From: Saprolegnia diclina VS20
Lineage: Eukaryota
Assembly: GCF_000281045.1 (NCBI RefSeq)
Contig: NW_008246083.1
Span: 694,186 to 732,210 of the forward strand
DNA: 38,025 nt
Reading direction: 5' to 3'
The notes beneath the pieces were generated by a model. That model was not told the origin of the DNA and did not search any database. It saw nothing but the letters and a program-made list of their open reading frames with translations. The position numbers were made by a program, and so were the translations under genes. Below are positions 1 through 11,099 of the stretch, piece after piece. Numbering within the stretch: position 1 is the first letter of the stretch; each line of letters starts with the position of its first letter.

Positions 1-1448
1 AGACTGTCTTGGCATAGAACCGACGGCGGTACACAAGGATGACGGGCACCAGCGCGACGGCGAGGCCGAGCGAGACCGCGTACAGAACGTTCCAGCCCGT
101 TTCGCTCGTGTTGGCCGACGTCGCAGCGGGGATTTCAAGCAGCGCGACGATGGCCGACGACGAGTAGACGGTGCCGAGGATCTTGCCCATGTTGGCGTGG
201 CCAAAGGTCGTCGCGCCGCACGTGGCCACGTTGGCGTAAAAGAGCGCGCGGAAGGCCGTAAAGAGCACAAAGGTGACGACTTGAAGCGGGAGCGAGTGGA
301 TCATGGCGAGAACGTGGTACCCGATGCTGAGGAGTGTCGTCGAGAGCATCGAGACGGGGAGGCCAAACCGGTCGACGAGCGTGTCGATGACAGGAATAAA
401 GACGAAGCCCGCGGGGAGGATCCACCCGAACGCTTTGATGTACACCTCGTCGACGTCGTTGTAATTCTACGAAAATCGATAAAAATCCTCAAAAATCACA
501 AGATGCGTACGACGAGCGTTCGGTTGACCGTGCCAAAGTAGAAGGACGACTGGAGGTTGTGCACGGCGGCAAACAGCAGCAAGTACCGAAACTCGAACGA
601 CTTGAGCTGCGTCTGGAGCGGCGCGGCCGTCAGCGGCACCGTCTATCGCACGTGACTTTCATTTGATTTCTGTGCAGATTTCGCACCTCGTCCATGGCTT
701 CGTACTGTAGACTCGACGGCGCGTCGGCTTGTACCGGTGCTTCTTCGTCGATGGCAGCGGTGGTATGGCGACCATGGAGCCACCAGAGACCGACGAGGAG
801 CATGTACACCGCCGCTGTCAGGATCGCGTACACCAACAGCAGCGACTGGCGCGACACCGTTAGCGAAGACTGCATCGTGTGCAGGAGCGACGGCATGACC
901 GCCGACGCGTCAAAGAGGCAGTTGATGCCGGCAAATATCGCAGTTTGCCACTGAAGAATCACAAACCCGGCGCGAAGTGACGTGAGCAGCGTCGCGCTGC
1001 CGGCGATCGCAATGAGCACGTAGCCATAGACAAAGGCATCAAACTCCACCGAGTCGCTGAGCGCCATCAGGACAAAGCCGGTCGTCGAGAGGACGCCAGC
1101 GACGAGGCTCATCCACATGGGGCCGACCTTGTCGAGCGCAATGCCCGATGGGAGCGAGCTAAACGTGAGAGTAAACTGGGCGACGCCGTAGATAAGGCTG
1201 AGCTTGGCGTCCTGGTCGGCGCAGCGGCCGGTCGTTGGGTTGATCGTCTCGGGCGTGCAGCGCTCGGCGTACTGGTTCTCTTCCTGCAGCAGGAGCAGCA
1301 TCGAGGCCCAGCCATAGATGAAGCCGGCAAAGAGGAGGTTGGATGCAAGCACAGTCAGCACGAGCGCCCACGAGGCACAGCGCTAGCCACACAGCATGAG
1401 CGTCGGCGATGATCGGTGGGATCGTACCGCCGGGATAACGTCGGCCAT
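1..1448 (-). CDS. MFS transporter, SLC43/LAT3 (FMP42-like) family, copy 1; 4 exons; 3' end runs off the window
   Basis: ATG at 1448 (MADVIPA). GT-AG introns at 1383-1427, 643-686 and 467-510 join open frames into a protein with many predicted TM segments. Family motifs GFIYGWASM..L..ENQY..RC...C.DQD.KL.LIYGVA and GIALDKVGP, then FTAFRALFY in the C-half. No stop codon before base 1. Confidence 0.88.
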
Positions 1449-2796
1449 CGGAGAGACGGGAAATTGACGAGTGCCTGCGCTGGTCCCCAAGAGTGGCAAC
1501 CACCCATGGTACAGTATGATGACAGGCTCGGTGCCCATCATCATACGTGCAATAGATCGCGCGCGTGATACGCACTGCAGCCATCTGCCAGCAACACTAG
1601 CGCATGACTGCGGTCAATCGCAGCGAGTTCGCTCTCCAATGCCTAAACCAGGGGCACCACCGACGCGATCACGAGCGCAACCAAGCGTGCGCCATGCGAC
1701 ACGGATGCCATGGGTACATATGGTGTTACCACCGAAGGCGTTTGTTCCAACAGCAACCACGTTTCTGAGCCGGTGGTTGTGTTGATGGAGCTGTTAATGG
1801 CCCTTGGCCTCGCTGCTTCAAGACACTCTGCCTCGGGGACTCGCCTTCGCTAGCCTCGACTTGACCGCGGCAGTGGTTGACATTACGCTGACGTGACCTC
1901 CAATGGTCTACGGCTCGAATTAGGGTTCGGGATGGTGGCGTGAACTGGCAGGGCGGGTTACATCTCTTTTTTGACCAGGATACCTTGATAGCTACCTTGA
2001 TACTAGCTTTTGTTCAAGGTTGGTTTCATGAGGAAGCGGTGGGTCGTTGCCCATGCCTTCTTCGCCGAGAGGGCAACGGCGTCCCGTGCTGCCTACAAGA
2101 GAGCTACCGGAAGCGATCACGGCACGATCTAGCTAGGCTATTTCGTTGCACTACGTAATGATTTATCGACGCTTTGTTCTGGACATGCTCATATATGCCT
2201 GGTTTCATCGATCGATCGACCATTGCAATAATACCGTTGTGAGCCAGCTTGGAGGTCCTATGACGTGGCTTCGTACGGCGACGACTGGACCCCAGCGTTG
2301 AGGTCCGGCCCGTTCGTTTGCTAACTTGAGTCCGAAGCTCCTTCGCTGCTGCTGCCGGGCAGAGCGACACGGGAATTCCTGTGGCGAAGGTCATCGAAGC
2401 TCTATCACTGTGTCGCGTGCCCATCGTTGCCTTTTGACTGACGCCTTGCACTGGAGCGGCCTGCAGTCCGGCGCCAAGCTGCCTGTCCGCGTTGAAGTTG
2501 CAGATCCGGAAAACCATATCCGGATACAACCAGTGGGCTGCACAGGATTGTGTGCAGGATCGAGGCGCTGGCGCCTGGCGCACCGCTGGCACAGGCTCGC
2601 TCCAGACAAGCACCACGAGATACCCGACCCGAGGTGCACAGTCTTGCGGCGTAGACGGCTTCTTGACGCGATCGGGAAGAAGGCTACTCGTACCTCGTAT
2701 CGCAGACCTGGTCGCAGAGAACAAGTCGCGTTGTCTCCGACGCGGAGTGGGACTTGAAGCACGCGGGCCAAAATTCGCCACTTGCCAAGATCATCG

Positions 2797-3930
2797 ATGC
2801 CGAACCATACATCTCGCCTCAGCGCCGAGCTGCTCGAGCTCGTTGCTACGCACGTACCCAGCGCTGTCGACCTCCTCGCGCTGCTGGCAGCGCTGCCGAC
2901 CGATCTCTTGACGCCGCCGCTACAGAGCTTGCGCGAGCTTGCGACACATGTCGAGCCTACGTCGCTCTGGCCGACGCTGGTTTTGCCGCACGACGCGACG
3001 CCACACGTGGCCGCTTTGATCGAGTCGATCCTGCGCGTCCTTCCAGCTGTGGCGGTGGCCGCGCCGTCGACCTCGATCCGCTCGCTCTCGCTGCTGCCGT
3101 CGACACGCGTGCATCTGCTGGCGCTGGCCTCACCTGCAGCCTACGCTGTGGCCATGACAGAGTGGCGCGACCACATCACGTCTGTGACCATTCACCTGGA
3201 GCACGAGAATGAGGCGACGCGCTGGACGGGCGACGCGGTGCGGACGTGGTGCCAGCAGCTGACGAAGCTGCCACGGCTGACCTCGCTGCGCCTGCACTGG
3301 GCGCTCGACGCGGCAGACGACCTTTTCGACGCGCCCGCCGTCCTCCTTGATGCGATTACCGCGTCGTCGCTCACGGACGTCTCGCTAACGTTCGAGAGCT
3401 GGTTTACGTGGGATATGGCCATGAGCAAGGTGTTTGCAGCATGGCTGGACGCTGCGTCTGTCACCAACATCGCGCTCACAAACCTCTTCTTGCCGCAGCA
3501 GAGCCCCGAGGCGCGTCTTCTCTGCGACAGCCTACTGCTTGCGCCGTCCTTGCAGTCTATTGCGCTACATGGCGGCAACATGACCGAGTCTTTTTTGCAG
3601 TCGCAGCACCGACTCGGGCTTCACGTCTCGGCGCTGGCGCTGGATGGCTGCACGCACGAACTGCTTCCAAACTTGGCCACCAAGATCAACGACTCGCGTC
3701 TGAGCGACCTTGCGCTGGGCTTTCACCGACCCTGTGCCACCTACGTCGGGCTGCCGCGCGTTGTATCGGCGGTGCTAAGCGCGGTGCGCACTTTCTTGTG
3801 GTCGTCGCACGCGCACGACGGACATTCGCTCGAGGCGGCGCTCTCTCAGACCATTTCACGCCTCCCGCACCTGCAGCGCTTGTGCTTGAAAGGCCTCGCC
3901 TCTGCCTCGATGCCGCTACCAGCTCTTTAG
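2797..3930 (+). CDS. RNI-like leucine-rich repeat protein with a helical N-terminus (type expanded in Saprolegniales)
   Basis: Long GC3-rich ORF (track 2782..3930; first ATG at 2797). LRR-like units LPRLTSLRL, LTDVSL, LQSIAL, VSALAL, LSDLAL, LPHLQRLCL. N-terminus LLAALP..L..PL..L...LWP.L.L. Confidence 0.7.
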   Translation: MPNHTSRLSAELLELVATHVPSAVDLLALLAALPTDLLTPPLQSLRELATHVEPTSLWPTLVLPHDATPHVAALIESILRVLPAVAVAAPSTSIRSLSLLPSTRVHLLALASPAAYAVAMTEWRDHITSVTIHLEHENEATRWTGDAVRTWCQQLTKLPRLTSLRLHWALDAADDLFDAPAVLLDAITASSLTDVSLTFESWFTWDMAMSKVFAAWLDAASVTNIALTNLFLPQQSPEARLLCDSLLLAPSLQSIALHGGNMTESFLQSQHRLGLHVSALALDGCTHELLPNLATKINDSRLSDLALGFHRPCATYVGLPRVVSAVLSAVRTFLWSSHAHDGHSLEAALSQTISRLPHLQRLCLKGLASASMPLPAL

Positions 3931-4174
3931 CAATCCTGATAGATAACTTAAGTTGCATTCTCTACGTCAACTTCTTGCTGCTCTTCAACCATTCGATTCA
4001 CCCCCGTTTTGGTCTCGTTCTCGACTACCTCAGAAGAGAGGCGACCATATCGCTACCAGCTGCACTGTGCTGTCTGAACGTAGATCAGCTATACTCTGTC
4101 AGAGCTGCCTTTGTCGCGCTCTGTGGACTTGAACACGGGCCTTAGACACCTCGACACTGACCACGACCTGTGAA

Positions 4175-4194
4175 GGGTTAGGGTAGGGCAAGGG
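4175..4194 (+). other. G-quadruplex-consensus / telomere-like motif GGGTTAGGGTAGGGCAAGGG
   Basis: Four GGG tracts with 2-3 nt loops, including one TTAGGG unit, between the convergent LRR and MFS copy 2 genes. Confidence 0.6.
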
Positions 4195-4253
4195 TTTGAC
4201 CGCGTTCGATGCAGACAACATATATTTATCTAGTTTGTAAATCAGCCTTCTTA

Positions 4254-5717
4254 CTACTGCGACGTTCCTTTGGCGTGGCGGCGGTAGACTTCTGTGCACG
4301 GCAAGAGAAGGACGCAGAGACCGAGCGCAGTGCCGTACATGGCGTACCAGCCCTCGTCGCTGGCGTTGGCGAGCGACGCAGCAGGCACCTCGAGCAGCGC
4401 CAAGAGGCCGCTGACCGCGTACGTGATGCCGATGACCGTGCCCATGTGCATATGGCCAAAGACTTGGGCTGCAAACGCCGTGTTGTTGGCGTAGAAGAAG
4501 CCACGAAAGCCCACAAAGAGGACAAACGCCACGACCTGCGGCGGCAGCGACGGAATGAACGCGATGCCGTACGCCACCATGCAGAGAAAATTCGTCAGAA
4601 GCATGGAAGTGCCGAGGCCTTGGCGCTCGATGACGCTGTTGATGAGCGGAATGTAAATGAACCCGACGGGGAGGACCCAGCCGAACACTTTGGTGTACAC
4701 GTGCGTCGCGTCGTCGTACTTCTACGCAGCAGTCGTCGGTGCATGAGGGCGACCGGTCGATGAGCGATCGTACCGCCAGCGTGCGGTTGATGCTGCCAAA
4801 GTAGAAGGCGTTGTGGAAGCTGTGAATGATCGTAAAGAGCAGAAGGTACCGGAACTCAAACGACCGCAGCTGAAACGAGAGCGGCGCAGAGGCCAGAATT
4901 GCCGCCTACGAGGCCATTGCAGGTAGTATTCCGATGAATAAGAGATACTATACCTCGACCGGCGCTTCGCCGTCGTCGTCATCCTGGAGCTCTTGGGCGG
5001 CAGCCATTGGCTCGGATCGATGCTTCCACCACAGGAACGTCCAGACGCTGTAGGTGACCGCGGCGAGGCAGGCGTACACGATAAGAAGCGTCCGACGAGA
5101 CGCACCGGACGCGTCGTGGATCGCGTAGAGCACAGTCGGAAGGACAGCGCTGGCGTCAAAGGTGCAGTTGATGCCTGCGAGAATCACGGTCTGCCAGCTA
5201 GGCAGCACAAAGCCGGTTTGGAAGCCGACGAGGAGCGTCGCCATGCCGCCGAGCGCCGTGAGTATGTACGCGGGTAGGAACGCATCAAACTCGGAGGCGT
5301 TGCTGATGGCAAAGAGGAGGACGCCGAGCGTCGAGGCCACGCCGCCGCACGCCGTCAGCACCGTCGGCCCAAAGCGGTCGAGCAGCATGCCGATCGGGAG
5401 CGAGCTGATCGTGAACGTCACCTGCGCAGCGCCAAAGATGACATTGAGCCGGTTGTCTTGAGCAACGCATGTGTGCGTGACGCTGTCGATGACGCTGTCG
5501 ACTGCGCAGAGCGACGCATACTGGTGCTCACCTTGGAGGAAAAGCAAGATGGAGGCCCAGCCGTAGATAAACCCGCCAAAGAGCAGGTTCGCCGCGACCG
5601 CGAGTGCCACGAGCGCCCATGCAACGCCGAGCCGAGGCGCCGCCTGCTACCATCCATGAGCGAAGGCGCGTAAGCGACTCCTACCTTGGCGTCGGCCACG
5701 AGGTCGTAGCCTGCCAT
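4254..5717 (-). CDS. MFS transporter, SLC43/LAT3-like, copy 2; 4 exons
   Basis: ATG at 5717 (alternative in-frame ATG at 5744). A short first exon (MAGYDLVADAK) splices to ORF 4948..5610, a middle exon (SFEFRYLLLF...GSINRTLA) and ORF 4254..4700 through GT-AG introns of about 40-52 nt. Same motifs as copy 1. Confidence 0.88.
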
Positions 5718-6572
5718 CGTCGTCGCTTGGGGTGATGGGCTCATCAACGATCTGCCATGAAAGTCCGAAACGCCCCTCTTTCATTTGATATGGTATTCAA
5801 AATGGAAGGTCTGATGACGTGGCAGCGGCACAGAGTAGGACCGGTGTGCAATTTGAATGTCAGTGTTTCGTCGCTTGACGACGCATTGATCACGTACTGA
5901 GCGGTCCTGGCGCGGCAGTCGTAAGCGCGGCGACGGCTTCAGCTCGGTTCGCCCACAGGCGCAGATTTCGGTTGACTTTGTCGGCGGCTCCATCTGGCGC
6001 CGTAACGCAAGGCGCGTGTAGCACAGCGACGGTCGAGATCTCACCGATCCGACCAGGCGAACGCTCGCGAAGCAGGGGTGTACCCCTAGTTGTTGCCGAC
6101 GTTAATAGCGCAGCGAGGCTCTTCCGGGCGAAGCGAAGCGGCGGCGAGTTGTGCCTTGTGGATGGGCGGCGATAGCGCGATCACGCGCCAGCAGTAAACA
6201 TTCGGGCGACATGTCAAATTTTGAAAATGGGTTTGCGCTCATGACGCCCACGTGGTTGACGCCCACGAACTTGGTGCGCGCGTGTTGACGAACGCAACCA
6301 AGTCACGGCGGCGGCGTGGGCCAAACTTCAAAGTCGTGCACCTGGGATGCGCCTCGAGTGGCGCCATGCGTTAGCTGGCCAATCAAAATGGCGTATTTCA
6401 TGTGAACTTGAAGCGCGCGCACTGCAAGATGGCGCCATCCCTCTCGAACCTTCCCAAAACGTTGCGGCTTGGTACAGTGCGGATATGCGCGTGGCGCCTC
6501 CTGTCGCGTAGGCTCGTGCGCCATCGAAAGCGAATGCGTTGGTCAGAGGCGACCTACACTACGAACCTGGAG

Positions 6573-6587
6573 TTCACTTTGCATTTG
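6573..6587 (+). promoter_or_regulatory. Oomycete INR+FPR-like core promoter of START-FYVE copy 1
   Basis: TTCACTTTGCATTTG just upstream of ATG 6599. It resembles the YCAYTY..CAWTTT consensus, and related motifs precede all six copies. Confidence 0.55.
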
Positions 6588-6598
6588 ACCTTTTCGAG

Positions 6599-7579
6599 AT
6601 GAAGTCCCTCGAGCTTGATATTACCGAGCGCTCGGCTCTTCTCGCGCGCGCGACGAGCGGCATCGACGAGCTAATTACGTGGGCGCAGGAGCCGTCGCGC
6701 AGCAAAATGTACCCCAAGTCGGCGACATGGACACACGAAGCATGTCGGTGCGAGCTCGACATGCACGACGTCGGCTCGCTCGACGACCTCGTGACGCTCT
6801 ACCGCAGCGCCGACGACGCCGCCGCGGTCGCCGGCCACGTGCACGCGGACAAGGTCCAGACGTTCTCGAGCTTCAAGGCCGGCGGACTGCACGTCGCGCT
6901 GCAGTGGGGCATCTTCCAGGCGCCGTTCCCAATCATGCACGACCGCGACGCCACGTTCCTCGAGTGCTCCAAGAAGTTTACCGATCCGAGTGGCCGGCGC
7001 GGCTTTGCGCGCTTCATCACGTCGTGCGAGATGGGCTCGATGGGCGAAGGCTACGTGCGCGTCGACCTCCGGGCGTGGGGCGTCGTTCTTCTCGAGACGG
7101 CCGACCCCAACATTCTGCACGCCAGCACGCTCGTCGACGTCGACTGGAAAGGCCACGTCACGACGTGTACGGCCACGCGCATGACGTCGCGCCTCGCACA
7201 AAGCATCAAGCATCTTCCGTCGATCCTCCGCGCGTCCAAGAAAGATGCGCAGCACCGGTGTTCCATGTGCCGAAGCAAGCCGCGGATGTGCGACGCCCAC
7301 TCCAAGCTCACGCCGTGCGAAAGCTGCGCCAAGCCGCTGTGCGACAACTGCCGCGGCATTAGCCAACGCCTCAGCGGCGCCACCGCGTGCCTCGTCTGCG
7401 TGTGCAAGGCCAGAGATGAGGCCATGACGCGGTCCACAGCCATCTCGGATGCGTCGACAGTCGAGTCGGAGCTGCGGTCGCCGACGGCGTGGGAGTGGTC
7501 AACCGAACCTGGCCCTGTCGACTTGGGCTACTTGTCCGAGTACCGATCGCGCCCGATCGCGCTGCGCACCAAGAAATAG
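6599..7579 (+). CDS. START/SRPBCC-like domain + FYVE-like zinc finger protein, copy 1
   Basis: Intronless ORF with GSLDDL, W-G-F..P...RDATFLE..K.F....GRRGFAR motifs, then four CxxC pairs (CSMC, CESC, CDNC, CLVC) and a C-terminal VDLGYL. The ATG was chosen by alignment to paralogs and the INR motif. Confidence 0.8.
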   Translation: MKSLELDITERSALLARATSGIDELITWAQEPSRSKMYPKSATWTHEACRCELDMHDVGSLDDLVTLYRSADDAAAVAGHVHADKVQTFSSFKAGGLHVALQWGIFQAPFPIMHDRDATFLECSKKFTDPSGRRGFARFITSCEMGSMGEGYVRVDLRAWGVVLLETADPNILHASTLVDVDWKGHVTTCTATRMTSRLAQSIKHLPSILRASKKDAQHRCSMCRSKPRMCDAHSKLTPCESCAKPLCDNCRGISQRLSGATACLVCVCKARDEAMTRSTAISDASTVESELRSPTAWEWSTEPGPVDLGYLSEYRSRPIALRTKK

Positions 7580-8906
7580 CCGATAGTAAACTCATATTAT
7601 AATAGGAATCACATAGTTGTAGTATATACGCCAGTGACTCCGGCAGGTCTCACCTGCAGCCGCCTTTTTGAAAGTATCAGGGTATCAAGTGGGAATCGTT
7701 GCATTCATCAACACGGACATCTCGGGTGGACTGGACCAATCAGGTGTGCGGTGCAGAGGCTTCAAGCTACACGCGAACTTGTTGCAATGCGTGGATCGAC
7801 GGCTCGCACGACGGGCAGATCTTACTCGACTCTGCCGCTAAGAACTCGAATGTTGAAGTCCGTTTCTCTCACGATGCTCGCTCTGGACAAGCTCTAAATG
7901 ATGGCGTGCGGAATGCAGCTGAAGGAGCTTTGAGGTAGCCAGTGTGTTGTGTGTTGCATGCGCCAACAAAGATTCGCAAATAGCTGGTCTAATCTCGCAG
8001 CTGCCTTCGCGTGAGATATTCGATCGACCAGACGACGGGAAACGCGCAATATCGGTCGTGCTGGAACTTTGACGGAGCCTTGGGGCTGGAGAAGAGCAGG
8101 GTACAACAAAGTAATGTCGTAGAGAGGTTATATTTACAACAACGTGTAGATGCCCACTGGGGGCCAATTGTACCAGTAGCCCATGCCAAGCTCTTCGGAC
8201 AAGCGCCTGTCGTTCCAACGCAGACGCATCTCTCGCCCAAATATCCTAAAAAGTTGGACGTCATCACGCTGTCTCTTAGTGCCCATCGGCAGCTTGGTCA
8301 TTTATACTGCTGTACGGTACGCCACTCGTCGGTCGTAGGCTGTAATAGCCCAGTTGATCGTGGAACTTCCTTCCATCTCGCAGCAGCGATGAGAATTGCT
8401 CTCTCCCTGGACTAATCCGCGCCCGTGATCACTGCCCGGTGATCAGACTGTGATCACCCTGAGCAAGGTCCAAAGGCCATCATCACAAAGGGCAAGGTCA
8501 TGGGTGCCGGCACAAATAACAACTTAATAAAAAGAACTAGGGTACTATACCAGAATGTAAGCCCTGTCCTTTCTTCGTAGCTCTCCTTAAAATGTACGAA
8601 TCACAGCAAATACGTGCGGGGTGACGCGTGCAAGGACCAATTTCAACGCGTGTACGTGACTTGCTTCCAAGACGCACGCAAGTCAAACCTCGCGCACTCG
8701 TAATCGATGGGCTGTGTAGTACACGGCGAATTGTACGAATCGCCCTATAGAGCCAGTGCCCAGTCCGTCGACCGCTCAGGTGTGGCCCGTCGTCCTACTC
8801 TGGCGTTGCGACATATGCAAATTTGGCATGTTATGTTGCAAGTCGCAGGCTGTTTCAACCTGTTCACTTTGGTTTTTGCCAGCAAGTACACACTTTGATA
8901 CCTACA

Positions 8907-9794
8907 ATGACGAACGCGACGATGTTTCCGATGGACCCGGTCGATCGGGCTGCTGTGACAGCCATGGCCACGGACGGCCTCACGCACCTCATTCGGTGGG
9001 CGCAGCAGACGCCCGAGGGCAAGCTCCTCCCCAAGACTGCGACCTGGACGTACGAGGCGTGCCGACATATGGTCAACGTGGCCGGCGTCGGCTCTCTTGA
9101 CGACATCATCCGCGTGTACGAAGAGCCGATGGACGGCAGCAGCCTTCACTTCGACAAGTCGCGGCTCCTGCTCTCACTACAGAAGACACCGGCGATGCGG
9201 CTCTCATTGCGCTGGGGGCTCTTCCGCGCGCCACTGCCGTTCATGCGCGACCGCTGCGCCACGTACCTCGAGTGCTCCAAGACGTTTGTCGATGCGCACG
9301 GCCGGCGCGGATACGCCCGGTACATTCGGTCGCACCCGACGACGGCGGCGCACACCACCTACGTCTCGGCCGACGTCCGGTCGTGGGGCGTCGTTGTCAT
9401 CGAGACGGCCGAGCCCGGTGTCTTCCAAGCCAGCAGCACAGTCGACATTGACTGGAAAGGCACGATCTCGTCCGCGATCGCGACGCGCATGACTTCCAAG
9501 CGCGCGCAGAGCGTTGCCCGCCTCGGCGCTGTCGTCCGCGCCATGTTGCACAAGTCGCCGGCCCGCTGCAGCACCTGCAACGAAAAGCCGCGCAAGGTCG
9601 ACAGCCAACTGGCGCTGTGCCCGTCGACCAAGAAGCTTGTGTGCAGCACCTGCCGAGTCAAGGCGACCAGCCTCGGCCAGATCAGCCTCGCCAGCGACAA
9701 GGTCCGTCGCCGCGTGGGTCCTCTGCGTGCGATCGAAGCACGCCCCGCCAACTCAATTCGACTATGCTCTCGCACCGGAACGAGCGCCGTCTAA
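8907..9794 (+). CDS. START-like + degenerate FYVE-like protein, copy 2
   Basis: Paralog of copy 1 (GSLDDII, RDRCATYLE, GRRGYARY). The finger keeps only five Cys and the tail is short. INR-like TTCACTTTGGTTTTTG at 8863. Confidence 0.78.
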   Translation: MTNATMFPMDPVDRAAVTAMATDGLTHLIRWAQQTPEGKLLPKTATWTYEACRHMVNVAGVGSLDDIIRVYEEPMDGSSLHFDKSRLLLSLQKTPAMRLSLRWGLFRAPLPFMRDRCATYLECSKTFVDAHGRRGYARYIRSHPTTAAHTTYVSADVRSWGVVVIETAEPGVFQASSTVDIDWKGTISSAIATRMTSKRAQSVARLGAVVRAMLHKSPARCSTCNEKPRKVDSQLALCPSTKKLVCSTCRVKATSLGQISLASDKVRRRVGPLRAIEARPANSIRLCSRTGTSAV

Positions 9795-9828
9795 GACGTC
9801 GATTCCCTTATTTATTTATGCCATTAGT

Positions 9829-10034
9829 NNNNNNNNNNNNNNNNNNNNNNNNNNNNNNNNNNNNNNNNNNNNNNNNNNNNNNNNNNNNNNNNNNNNNNNN
9901 NNNNNNNNNNNNNNNNNNNNNNNNNNNNNNNNNNNNNNNNNNNNNNNNNNNNNNNNNNNNNNNNNNNNNNNNNNNNNNNNNNNNNNNNNNNNNNNNNNNN
10001 NNNNNNNNNNNNNNNNNNNNNNNNNNNNNNNNNN
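9829..10034. other. Assembly gap (206 N)
   Basis: Run of N bases inside the tandem array. Confidence 1.
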
Positions 10035-11099
10035 GCTTTTTGCGTGTGGCTCGATACACGAACAACTTGTCTGCGATCCAGTGTTGTGCGACGTGACCAG
10101 CTGCATTTGTGCCAAATATAATGACCGGTGCAGTTGCATACGATTAGTCAATAGAGCCGCGCCTGCCGGTGTGTGCAGCCAGGACTCCAGAACTGAGTGA
10201 AGCAATGGCTTGGTGGCCAAGGCGTAATGTATTGCACCGTTGTCGCTGCGCGCACCAACGAAGTACCTGTCGCCCAGAAATGGCTGTGAGATGATGTATC
10301 CGTTAGCCCTTTCTATTTGGTTCAGATGGCGCCGTGAGTCCACTCGTCGAACGAGGAGTGCGTATAGCGTGATGAACGTATCTTGTCTCAAGCATCGGTT
10401 GAATCCTAGGGCATTCGTTTTCGGAGGGAAGCACGCGCTCGTTGCAGCGAACAGAGCGGAACAATCCGCAGCATCTGATCGGGCTTGCAAAGCACGTTTA
10501 CTACAACGTGGCTGGACGCTGCATACCGCAGTCGCCACTGATCGATTATGAAGTGGGTGGTCGACTGCAGCAGAGTCTTTCAGGTCAGCAAGCAATCGCA
10601 GCGTTGGCGTTACTGCACGAACCTCGACGCACTCTCCTCTTGGGTGTCGTGAGACGAGCGAGCGATCAACCTCGCCCTTACGAACGTTGGAGCGCTGCAT
10701 CCTTCTGCCTCTTTCATGCCATGGCTTCCACTGTCGTCGCCACCGCCGTACGCGAGCTATACGAGTGGCACGTGCTAGTCTACCAGTCGCAACGGCAACA
10801 ACCGGTGTCGGCTACAGCGACCGCATGACACCATTTTAGCTGGTGTACACGAGGGGTCGTCGACCTGCTCTCCTCTTGGTGAATGCAATGGAAGGCAAGC
10901 GCGTAGTGTGAGTCACAGGGAAATGTCAGCGGCTGTGGTGCCCCGGTACAGCCGCCATGTCCCACTCTACGGCCAATCAACCTCCGACTGACGCATGCCA
11001 CCCGCTGGCACCAACGCGTCGTCGCCGATCACTGCACGACGATACACTTTGACTGGGCCGCGCTCTCTCGATTACTTTTCATTTCACCAGCTGCACCGA

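Noticed and set aside
1981..2002. Short direct repeat TACCTTGATA x2; similar 9-11 bp duplications at about 6242-6267 and 16651-16669
   Set aside because: Only two short units, consistent with ordinary slippage or chance.
2104..2781. ORFs in the spacer before the LRR gene, including a GIYEHVQNKASINHYV stretch faintly like a papain-family protease
   Set aside because: Too short and degenerate, with no codon bias or catalytic Cys motif. At most a decayed fragment.
9514..10700. ORFs spanning the N gap
   Set aside because: Artefacts of translating through N bases.
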